Shown here one piece after another: positions 1-8,860 of a stretch of DNA of 49,191 nt. A model generated the notes under the pieces. It saw only the letters and a program-made list of their open reading frames with translations, made no database searches and was not told the origin of the DNA. This DNA comes from Thraustochytrium aureum (taxonomy: Eukaryota): contig BLSG01000123.1 of assembly GCA_012862495.1 (NCBI GenBank), forward strand, positions 57,508-106,698, read 5' to 3'. Position numbers and translations under genes: made by a program. Positions within the stretch are counted from its first letter, which is position 1, and every line of letters begins with the position of its first letter.

Positions 1-78
1 CGTCCGTGTCAGCTGCCGCTCGCGCCAAGCCCTCAGCAGCCCACGAGGCATGCGAGTCCCCCGGAGGCGTTGGGGGAG

Positions 79-120
79 AGCGCGCTGCGAGGAGCGCGCT
101 GCGAGGAGAGCGCTGCGAGG
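79..120. repeat. 14-bp tandem repeat (agcgcgctgcgagg) x3
   Basis: Units at 79-92, 93-106 and 107-120 (third has one mismatch), read directly. Confidence 0.85.
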
Positions 121-391
121 GCTGGCCCGCCCGCAGCCGGCGTCGCTGTGGGCTCGCCCGAGAGGCGAGAGGCGTGGAGAGCGGGCCTGAAGCTCTTGTT
201 CGAGGATCGTTCGACCCGCTCCGCCTCGCACCACCTTGCCAGCCCTCGCAGGCGCCGGCAGACTGGCGAGCCGCTGTCGCAAGAGCTGCAAGCTAAGTAT
301 TACGCAAGCGTTCTCCTTTGCGTCCGGCAGGAAGAGAGGAGCGCGCGGGCGGAGTCGACGCCGCTTGCGCCGCAACGTTGGCAGGCGCGCA

Positions 392-2589
392 ATGCGCGGC
401 GTCTCTGGCAGCGCGAGGGACAGACAACGTGCGCGCCAAGCTGGCATTGATGCCTTGCGGCGCTCGGTTGACGCGCAGCTGGCGCTCGACCAACGGGGCG
501 TCGGCGTGGAGCTGACGCTCGACCAGGCGGGCGCCGAGGCTCACGAGCTCCAAAACGCAGGCTCGCCGCCAGGCGGCGCAAGCTCTGTTGCAGTCCTCAT
601 GCAGAGATTCAGACACGGAGCACCAGAGCCACGGGAGGCTCGGCAGGCAATAGACCACCTGTTGTGGTGGGATCCCAAAGCTGCAAGCAATCAGTTCCGG
701 TGCCACCCAGGAGCGACACCACCGATGGCTGTGGGCGCCAAGCCAGAAGTGCTGTCGGAAGGCACCGTCCGAAGCCAAGATGTAGCCGCCAGCGCGCAGT
801 GTGCGCAGCGGCTATGGAGACCGGGCGATTTCGTAGCTCAGAAGGCGGATCCCGCAGCAACCGCCAAGCTCTTGCAACGAGGAGCTGCACCTATAGAGGC
901 GAGCTCTGCACCCCCGCCCGAGCCCTTGAAAGTTGTGTCGCTCGAAGCACGAGAACAGTCGTCGTCCAAAGCACTGGAGGAGCTCTTCAGTACCCCATCC
1001 TCCCCCGTTGATGTGCTTTCGCTGGTCTCCCCGCTGTCGTTTATTCCGTTCTCCCCATCCTTCGGCGTTGGCTCCGAATCGTGGGACGAGCACGACGTAG
1101 TATTGGAGACCGAGCACTCTATGGATCCTTCTGCAGACGCCCAGGAAGCAACAGAGACGAGCTTTCCATCGCCGCGCGTCGCCGCTGCGAGCTCGGCACC
1201 CAACGACATAATAACTGTTCCAGCACCAGAGACTCTGGCGCCAGCGGTGCGTCGGCGCATTCGTGTTCTGTGGGACATTGAGAACATAAGTATCCCAGCA
1301 GACAAGTCGGCTTTCAGCGTTGCGCAGCAGCTCGAGCGCGTCTGCGTTCAGCTGGGCGCGGAGCTCTGGCAAGACGAGTCGCCCTCAACGACTTGCAGGA
1401 TCTTGTGCTTTCACAATCCGACGAAGGGCACGCTCAACCGCGCGATACGCAAGGAGCTCGTATCTGCGTTTGTAACTCTGGTCGACATAGGAAAGGACAA
1501 GCTGGGCGCCGCAGATCTCCAAATTATGCAGGAGATGGAGGCCATCGCGCAAGACTTTGCGCCAGAAGGGGTTCTGATTGTGCTTGTCAGCAGCGACTCG
1601 GACTTTGTGCCGACCATGCGGCGGCTAGAGGGGCAAGGGATTCGCGTTGCCGCGATCCGCCGCGCGCGCAGCGGGCCACGTGCTGGTGGTTCGGTCGCAG
1701 AGCAAATGTTCGAGGCTAACGCTTGGCGCGTTCTCGACTGGGAACGCGACGTGACTGACGAAGCAGACGCGAAGCCTGGCCAACATACCCTCAACAATCT
1801 GGGGAGCAGGACGGAGGAGCTGCAAATGCGTCTGCGACCGCGAGTGCGGGCTTGGGTGCGACCGCGAGTTCGCCGCCGGCCACGATTGCAAGCCCTTCGC
1901 CAGGCGCGGCTGCGGCCAAGCCACGTAAGCGTAAAAAGGGCCGCAAAGGCGCTGGCGCAGCCGAAACACAGGCAGCAAGCGCAGCAGCAGCAACAGTCGC
2001 AACAGCAGCAGTAGCAGGAGCGAAGACAGCCACAGCAGCAACAGCAGCAGGAGCGAAGACGGCAACAGCAGGCGTAGCCAAGACGCATGCAGCGATGCCA
2101 GCAAGCGCTGGCGCTCCGGCCGCGTCTGAATTACGAGTAAACCAAGTAGAAGTCAAGGCCGCGCGCACAAAGAAGCGCTCGCAACCGCAACCGCAAGCCG
2201 CAAGGTCCGCGTCGTCCAACCCGGAGGAGGAGAGGGTCGCTGCAGTGGCCCAGGTGCGAGACGCGCTGGTGAGGCGACTTCGGAACGCGCCCAGCAGCGA
2301 GTTGACAACCGCCCCCTTGGCCCCGGCAGGACGGGTTCGGCCCCAATCCTACATTGGGACCGGCTTTGCGCTGGACGCTGGCGCGCACGAGCGCGCTTGG
2401 GCAGAAATCCAGCGCCTCAAAGCGCGAGTTGAGCGCGAGCTCGAGCACATCCGCGGTCTGCGGGAAGGGCACGGGGAGGCGGTTTCGACAAGCGAAGCAC
2501 TCGACCGCGTCGGGGCAGACGCGGACTCGGTCCTCGCGCAGATTCAAGCGCTGCGCGCGCAAGCCGAGGCCTCGCTTCGGGACATCTAG
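392..2589 (+). CDS. NYN-domain (MARF1/limkain-b1-type PIN-like) putative ribonuclease with low-complexity arms and C-terminal coiled coil; one frameshift at ~1801
   Basis: Motifs VLWDIEN, GAADLQI and LVSSDSDF in ORF 236..2014 match the NYN catalytic Asp pattern. Adding one G to the GGGG run at 1801-1804 joins it to ORF 1852..2589. First in-frame ATG is at 392; the true start is uncertain. Confidence 0.8.
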
Positions 2590-2731
2590 CTAGTTGAAGC
2601 TCAATGATAGGCGCGAGATTCCAATCGCCGGGGCAGAGCCGTGAGAAGGCGCTTCTGGGGCTGCCCCACATCGAGGGCTGGCTATGTCTTTGGTTTCTTT
2701 GGGAGGAAAAACGTATGGAAGCGGCGCACGC

Positions 2732-3515
2732 TCAGAGGCGCGCCTCAAGCCACTTGATCGTCTCGGGAATCGCCTTCTCCATGCTGTCCGGCTCGTTGTA
2801 GAGCTCGTGGAAGGCGCCCTCGTAGGTGACAAAGGTCTTGTCCTCGACCTTGGTGGTTTCGTGGAACGTCTTGGAGCCGTCGTAGAGGCACATGAGGTCT
2901 TCCGTGCCGTGCATGAGCAGGTACGGGATGGGAAACTTGGAGGAAAAGGTGGGCACAGCGTCGACGGCCCCCACCACCTCGGCGAGCAGGCGGATCGTGT
3001 TGGGGCCCATGTTGTTGAGCGGGTCGTTAAAGTACCGGTCCACCACCGAATTGTCGTGGCAGAGGGTACGCAGGTCAAGCCCAGGCCCGGGCAGCTTGGG
3101 CAGGAGCTGCGCGAGTGCTGGCAAGATAGCGCGCACGGGCGGCGCGACGAGGACCTTGAGAGGCGGGGCGCTCAGCACGACCCCGTTGTACAGGCGCGGG
3201 GCTTGGCTGACGGCGTGGATGGAGATGAGCGCGCCCATCGAATGGCCGAGCAAAAACGTCTTGGCCACGGTCGGGTGCTTGTTCTTTGCCATCTCTGTGA
3301 GCTGGTGGACGTCCGAGATGTAGTCGGCAAACCACTTGACGTGCATTCGGGTGCCCTCGCTCTGGCCGTGGCCCTGGTGGTCGAGCGCGTAGACAGCAAA
3401 GCCCTTTTGCGCCAGCATCGTACCGAGCGCCTCGTAGCGCCCAGAGTGCTCGCCCATGCCGTGCGAGAGGATGATGATGCCCTTGACCATCGGCGAGTGT
3501 CCGGGGGTGGGCAGC
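2732..3515 (-). CDS. Monoglyceride lipase / lysophospholipase (Hydrolase_4) paralog 1, last exon; 5' exon probably in the gap
   Basis: HGMGEHSGRY, DHQGHGQSEG, nucleophile GHSMG, HGTED and GAFHELYNE motifs. A CTGAC branch motif and a CAG acceptor at 3518-3516 precede the exon. Confidence 0.88.
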
Positions 3516-4117
3516 CTGCGCGGGGTGGAGGGCGCAGACCTAGTCAGAGCTNNNNNNNNNNNNNNNNNNNNNNNNNNNNNNNNNNNNNNNNNNNNNNNNN
3601 NNNNNNNNNNNNNNNNNNNNNNNNNNNNNNNNNNNNNNNNNNNNNNNNNNNNNNNNNNNNNNNNNNNNNNNNNNNNNNNNNNNNNNNNNNNNNNNNNNNN
3701 NNNNNNNNNNNNNNNNNNNNNNNNNNNNNNNNNNNNNNNNNNNNNNNNNNNNNNNNNNNNNNNNNNNNNNNNNNNNNNNNNNNNNNNNNNNNNNNNNNNN
3801 NNNNNNNNNNNNNNNNNNNNNNNNNGGACGTGTGTTGCAACAACGAACTGGACGGGAGATATTGGGCCCCGATGCGGCTGTGGCTCGCCGCTCCTGGCGT
3901 CGGCGCACCGGCGAACCAGCACACAACCAAGCGAGCTGCTATGCGCGCGATTTCAGCTTGTCTGCTGGTCGGTGGAGGCTGCTTGGACTCGCTCGGAGAG
4001 AAAAGCGCGGGGTGTGGGTGGTTTGCTTTGTCTACAGGTTGCTCGTCAAGCGCTCGCTCTCCGGAGCCAACTAATGCTACGGAGCTCGCGTGCGCGGGCA
4101 AAGCGCTGCCGGGCGCG

Positions 4118-5146
4118 CTACAAGCGCTCGAGCAGCCACTGGACGGCGCGGCCGAGCGCCGCCTCCTCGCGGTCGGGCTCGTTGAAGAGCTCGTGAAAGC
4201 CCTTGTCATAAGTGACCAGTGTCTTGTCCTCGATGTCGGTGAGCGCGTGGAACGTGAGCGAGCCCTCCGGGAGGCAGATCCGGTCCTCGAGCCCGTGCTG
4301 CAACAAGTAAGGGAGCGGAAAGGAGGGCGCAAAACTGGGCACCGCGTCAATAGCGGCCATGAGCTCGTTCATGAGACGCAGCCTCGGCATGCCGTGGCAC
4401 ACGAGCGGGTCGTTGAGGTAGCGGTCGATCACCGACTCGTCCCGGCAAAGCGTCGCGAGGTCCAGCCCCGGGGCGGGGAGCTTTGGCAGGAGGCCGGCGA
4501 CGATCGGGACGACCTTGTCGGCGAACGGCGGCTTGTCCACTTTGAGCGGGGGCGAGCCGAGCACGACGCCGTTGTAGAGGTGCTTGCCCTCATTCGCGGC
4601 GTGGATGGCAATCAAGGCACCCATGGAATGGCCGAGCAGGAAGGTCTTGGTCGTGTTCGGGTGGCGCAGGCGCGCCATCTCGGTGAGCTTGTGCACGTCG
4701 ACGACATAGTCGTGAAACCACTTGACAAACAGCCGGGTCCCTTCGCTCTGGCCGTGGCCCTGGTGGTCGAGGGCGTACACCGCCATGCCCTCCTTGGCGA
4801 GGCGGGCGCCCAGGAGCTCGTAGCGGCCCGAGTGCTCGCCCATGCCGTGCGAGACGACGACGATGGCGCGCGGTGGTTCGGCGCCCTCTGGGACCCAGCT
4901 CCGCCAGAAGATGGCGAGCCCATCCTTGTTGATGAAGAACTGCGAGTTGAACCAGTTGGACACGTCGGCTCCGGCGTTGCGCTCCGCCCTTGCGCGCACT
5001 CCGCTCGACTGGAACTCGTGCTCGTCGCTCATCAGGCTCGTCAGCATGCCACCTCCAGGGACCTTGTTTGCCACGGCCTGAACCAGGCCTTTGACGCGCG
5101 CCCCCGTCTGGTACGCCAGCGGTTCAAAGCCGGCCGTCTTGTCCAT
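4118..5146 (-). CDS. Monoglyceride lipase / lysophospholipase (Hydrolase_4) paralog 2 with N-terminal extension
   Basis: HGMGEHSGRY, GHSMG, HGLED and GFHELFNE motifs; clearly paralogous to the neighbouring gene. First ATG at 5146. Confidence 0.9.
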   Translation of the reverse strand: MDKTAGFEPLAYQTGARVKGLVQAVANKVPGGGMLTSLMSDEHEFQSSGVRARAERNAGADVSNWFNSQFFINKDGLAIFWRSWVPEGAEPPRAIVVVSHGMGEHSGRYELLGARLAKEGMAVYALDHQGHGQSEGTRLFVKWFHDYVVDVHKLTEMARLRHPNTTKTFLLGHSMGALIAIHAANEGKHLYNGVVLGSPPLKVDKPPFADKVVPIVAGLLPKLPAPGLDLATLCRDESVIDRYLNDPLVCHGMPRLRLMNELMAAIDAVPSFAPSFPLPYLLQHGLEDRICLPEGSLTFHALTDIEDKTLVTYDKGFHELFNEPDREEAALGRAVQWLLERL

Positions 5147-5479
5147 CGTGCTGCAGCTGCGGACGGCGAGCTTGTCGTGCGTCAATCCGGTTCGGGCTGC
5201 GTTTCAAGCGTAGTGGGTCTACTTGCTCGGCCAGTCGCAGCGTTTGCTGGCGGGTCCGGCCATGGCACGGCACTTTCAAGTCGAACGCAGCCCACGGCGC
5301 ATGCAGCTCCTGAGCATGGTGACTGCCCGGCACGCACCAAGATGCCCCCCGGTGCAACGGGAAGAAAGACAGCATTTGAACCCATCGCATTGAAATACGA
5401 GGTTTTTATTAAAGTGCCTAAATGCCCCCTGTAGAGCTATTTCTGCTTCGCGTGCCGACGAGCGTTGAATGATGCGTTT

Positions 5480-5624
5480 GCGTGCATGAGTGGTGCATGG
5501 ATGTGCATGAACAGTGCCTCCGCGTGCATGTATGGTGCATGGATGTGCATGAACAGTGCCTCCGCGTGCATGAATGGTGCATGGATGTGCATGAACAGTG
5601 CCTCTGCGTGCATGAATGGTGCAC
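5480..5624. repeat. 42-bp tandem repeat (~3.4 copies) made of four 10/11-bp GTGC-core subunits
   Basis: Unit gcgtgcatgaatggtgcatggatgtgcatgaacagtgcctcc. GTGC cores start at 5482, 5493, 5503, 5514, 5524, 5535, 5545, 5556, 5566, 5577, 5587, 5598, 5608 and 5619. Confidence 0.95.
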
Positions 5625-5794
5625 TTCGCGAATCGAGCAGCTCGTTGTTCACTTCAAGGCATTCGAATCATTCGAATCATGGCTGGCAGTCCTCGTACCT
5701 GCTACTCGCGTGAGGTCATCATCCATCGCCAGCGGGCCTTGGTGCTCGTTTGGCGCCCGTCTGGGGCCAGTGCGCGCGCATTGGTGGGCGTCGC

Positions 5795-6685
5795 ATGGGC
5801 CGGGCTACACTGCGCAAGGGCCCGGGGATGGGAATGGCCAAGGCGACGGTGTCGGGTGACTTGGCCGTGGCACCGCTCGAGACCCACGAAAGACCAGAGT
5901 CGCCGCGGTTGGAAACGTGCGGTGATGCGGGGCGGCGGGCCGGAAAACGGGTGCGCGAAGGGGCGGCGGAAATGGTGCCCAAAAGGTTTGCTCTTGGCAC
6001 GCGGCCGGACGTACGGCCCGTGGCTCGAAACGGCGGCGGGAGCAACGCGGTTGCGGCCGCGGTTTTGCAAGGACGAGGTTCTCCGCGATCGAAGCGGCCT
6101 CGGACGTCAAGGTTTCGTGGGGTCACTTACAGCGCGCGAGACCGCGTCTGGGTGGCTCGGCTCTGCTCGGGCAAGCGCACGCGATACCTGGGGAGCTATG
6201 GCGACGAAGAGCAGGCCGCCCTCGCAGTCGACGATGCCTTGCTGGTTGCGCATGATGCGTCCTCGCAATCGAGTTCCCGAACCCAACGACTCAACTTTGC
6301 TGACCGCGCCGAACGCGAGCGATGCCGCGCGGCTGTCGCCGCGAGAGTCGCTCTGGCGCAGCAAATGAAACAAGCGGAGCAAGAGGCGGCGACGACGCGC
6401 ACGTTCCTGGCGCTGCAAGCCAAGCTCGACTCGCAGGGCCAGCTCGGCCCAGTCGGCGTTGACCTTGGCCGCCTTGCAGCCAACGCGGCGACGCCCGCCA
6501 GTCGTTCGACTGCCAATCGTTCGAAAGGCGCGCGAATTGTGGAGGAGTGTGCAAGCCAAGCCACCTTGGGCCCAGCGCAGCGCCCAGGGTTAAAAGCGCC
6601 ACTCGGATCCACGCTGCGTGGGGCACTCGACGCGGAAAAACCAACCAGCCAGCACAGCAGCCTGCGGTCCAGAAGTCGGCAATGA
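5795..6685 (+). CDS. AP2/ERF-domain DNA-binding protein
   Basis: SRFRGVTYSARDRVWVARLCSGKRTRYLGSYGDEEQAALAVDDA...LNF matches the AP2 consensus (S.yRGV..W.A.I....YLG.F..eeeAA.AYD..LNF). Start could be ATG 5795, 5828 or 5834. Confidence 0.82.
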   Translation: MGRATLRKGPGMGMAKATVSGDLAVAPLETHERPESPRLETCGDAGRRAGKRVREGAAEMVPKRFALGTRPDVRPVARNGGGSNAVAAAVLQGRGSPRSKRPRTSRFRGVTYSARDRVWVARLCSGKRTRYLGSYGDEEQAALAVDDALLVAHDASSQSSSRTQRLNFADRAERERCRAAVAARVALAQQMKQAEQEAATTRTFLALQAKLDSQGQLGPVGVDLGRLAANAATPASRSTANRSKGARIVEECASQATLGPAQRPGLKAPLGSTLRGALDAEKPTSQHSSLRSRSRQ

Positions 6686-7174
6686 AAGAATTGTGCAGTT
6701 TGGATTTGCACAATCGTACGTGAGAGTGATCGCATCTTCGTGAGGTAGGATGGGCCAAAAACGAATCTGAGGTGTATTTTATGGACGGCTTTCTGCGAAG
6801 ATGGCGGCGGCACGGCGGCGGTGCGAGCCAGACGACCACCCAAAGCGTGCGCTTTCGCAGCCAGAAGAGTGTGCTTTCGCAGGCTGCCGCGGCGAATGGA
6901 CGTGCCTGGATCCTCCTCGCGCAAAGGTTAGGATGAAGATTGATTGAAACGTACCTACCTAGTACCTACCAGCTCTACCTTCCTTACTCTGCCTCCCTAC
7001 CTCTCACCCCTCGCGTGCCTTGCTCCAGCTCCGAGGTGCGTGCGTGCTTGAGGCGCTTTCGTTGAACAAAACGAAAGCGCAGCAGACCAGCAACGCTGAC
7101 ACGGGAACTGCGAAATCAGTTCACACGCACGCAACTGCTGCTGACCCCAACTCGTCGCGAGCTCCCTCGCGAAG

Positions 7175-8860
7175 ATGGACGCAGCCGGCGGCAACACCGG
7201 ACTGGTGCCAAGCATCAAGGCCTTCGGGTGGGAAGAGAACGAAGAGTCTGCCAAGGTCGCTGACGCCTTCGAAGAAGTGGAGGACGATGAAGACGACATG
7301 GACGACATGGACGGCGTGGGCTGGGGCGAGGGCGGCTGGCGCAACTGGCGGTTCGGGTGGTGGCGGTGGTCGTGCCTCAAAGAGAAGAACCGCGAGATCA
7401 CTGGGTACACGATGACGGGCACCTCGCGCGGACCGATGGTCAGCTGGATCGCCGTGTTCTCAGTTGTGGCGCTGACCACCCTCGGCGAGAGCGTCCAAGA
7501 TTGCGACACCAAGCGCGTCACGATCGCGGGACTCTCGCTCAAGACGAGCTCGGTCGTCTCGACCGTGTTGACAGTTGAGGGTGTCGTGAACGCGCTCCTG
7601 AGCGTCATGTTTGGAGCGCTCGCAGATTCGACGCAGCACCGCACGCGGCTCTTCCAAATCACGATGTTTGTGCTGGCTTCGGCCGTGGGCATGACCGTCG
7701 TCGTGCTCGGGTTTACGGGCGAAATTTGGGCACTCCTTGCCTTTGCTGGCCTTCTCATTGTGGCCTCGGTCACGTACGACCTGATGGCCATTCTCCATGC
7801 AGCCTACGTCCCCGAGCTGGCCCACACAGAAAAGATGCGCACTCGCGTGACCGCCAAGATGTACGGACTGCTCAACCTGTTCCAGTTGGTCTTTGTGGGC
7901 ATGTCTGTTGGTGCGACGCTTGCGTTCGGGCTCAGTGACGACGAGATTGGTTCTGCCCAGCTGGGCGCCTCGATGGCAGTGGTCATGTGGGCGTTCTGGG
8001 CTTTGCCTGGAATGTTTCTGATTGACGAGCGGCCCAAGGCGCCCGACCAGGTGGTCCGGGCTGGGTTTCTCGGCATCCCTCGCGTCGTGAGCATGGTGCG
8101 GTTGTGCGTCACAGAGTACCGCCAGATCGGCCTCTACTTGGTGGGCTACTCGCTGTACATCAACGGTGCCTCGAGCGTGATCGCGCTAGCGCAGAGCTAC
8201 ATGCTGACCGAGCTCGGCATTTCGGGGCTGAAGGTGCAGATTCTGGTCGGGCTCGCGCTGCTGTTCACCGTCCCCGGCGCCTTGCTGCTCAACTGGATCG
8301 CCCGGCGCGTTGGCAGCTTGCAGCGCGCCAACTTGGTCGTGATCGTTTACTGGATTGTGATCGTGGCCTTGATCCCCGTTGTCCTCGTTGGCGAACCAGA
8401 CCCCGACGCCGTTGGTACAGGGGGCAGCACCAACCCGTGCGCAGCTGAAGAAGGCGAAGCGGTCCCCGAGGCCCTCCGCCCGAACGGCCTGGCGAGCATC
8501 ATGCTCTACGCTGAGGCGGTGGCTTGGGGTCTCGGCATTGGTGCTATTTACCCAACAAACGTGGCCTTGTTTGCCGAGATCGTCCCCGGCGGCTCGGAGG
8601 CCGCCTTCACTGGAATGAAGACGCTCGCAGGCAAAGCGCTCAGCTGGGCCCCGCCACTTGTGTACACCGTGATCAACGAGACGACAGGCAATGTGCGTCT
8701 GGCTATCTCGGCGGCAATCCTGCCGTTCCTCCTTGTTGGCGGTGTCTTTTCGTTTTTCTTTGACATGGACGTTGCTCGCGCGGAGGTGGAGCACACCCTC
8801 CGTCTGCGCCACGGCCATGCGCACCGCGAGCAGAGGTCTAAGGACGGGGCAGCGCTCTAA
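7175..8860 (+). CDS. MFS transporter, ATG22/UMF1-like family
   Basis: 561-aa ORF with ~11-12 hydrophobic segments and the motifs FGALADST, AAYVPELA and FAEIVPGGSEAAFTG typical of ATG22/UMF1 permeases. Confidence 0.82.
   Translation: MDAAGGNTGLVPSIKAFGWEENEESAKVADAFEEVEDDEDDMDDMDGVGWGEGGWRNWRFGWWRWSCLKEKNREITGYTMTGTSRGPMVSWIAVFSVVALTTLGESVQDCDTKRVTIAGLSLKTSSVVSTVLTVEGVVNALLSVMFGALADSTQHRTRLFQITMFVLASAVGMTVVVLGFTGEIWALLAFAGLLIVASVTYDLMAILHAAYVPELAHTEKMRTRVTAKMYGLLNLFQLVFVGMSVGATLAFGLSDDEIGSAQLGASMAVVMWAFWALPGMFLIDERPKAPDQVVRAGFLGIPRVVSMVRLCVTEYRQIGLYLVGYSLYINGASSVIALAQSYMLTELGISGLKVQILVGLALLFTVPGALLLNWIARRVGSLQRANLVVIVYWIVIVALIPVVLVGEPDPDAVGTGGSTNPCAAEEGEAVPEALRPNGLASIMLYAEAVAWGLGIGAIYPTNVALFAEIVPGGSEAAFTGMKTLAGKALSWAPPLVYTVINETTGNVRLAISAAILPFLLVGGVFSFFFDMDVARAEVEHTLRLRHGHAHREQRSKDGAAL

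Noticed and set aside
1960..2075. PolyQ C-terminus of ORF 236..2014
   Set aside because: It is most likely the wrong frame after the 1801 frameshift; the corrected frame reads Ala/Thr-rich and continues to 2589.
2684..5434. 916-aa plus-strand ORF
   Set aside because: It is the antisense shadow of the two lipase genes caused by high GC3, and it spans an N-gap.
5480..5624. CRISPR array, or a His/Cys/Met-rich metal-binding peptide from ORFs crossing the 42-bp repeat
   Set aside because: There are no unique spacers and no cas genes, and the context is eukaryotic. Several frames are open only because the unit is a multiple of 3, and the listed ORFs start at GTG/TTG.
5795..6685. AP2 gene as a mobile HNH-AP2 endonuclease or integrase
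   Set aside because: No HNH or tyrosine-recombinase motifs, terminal repeats or target-site duplications are visible.
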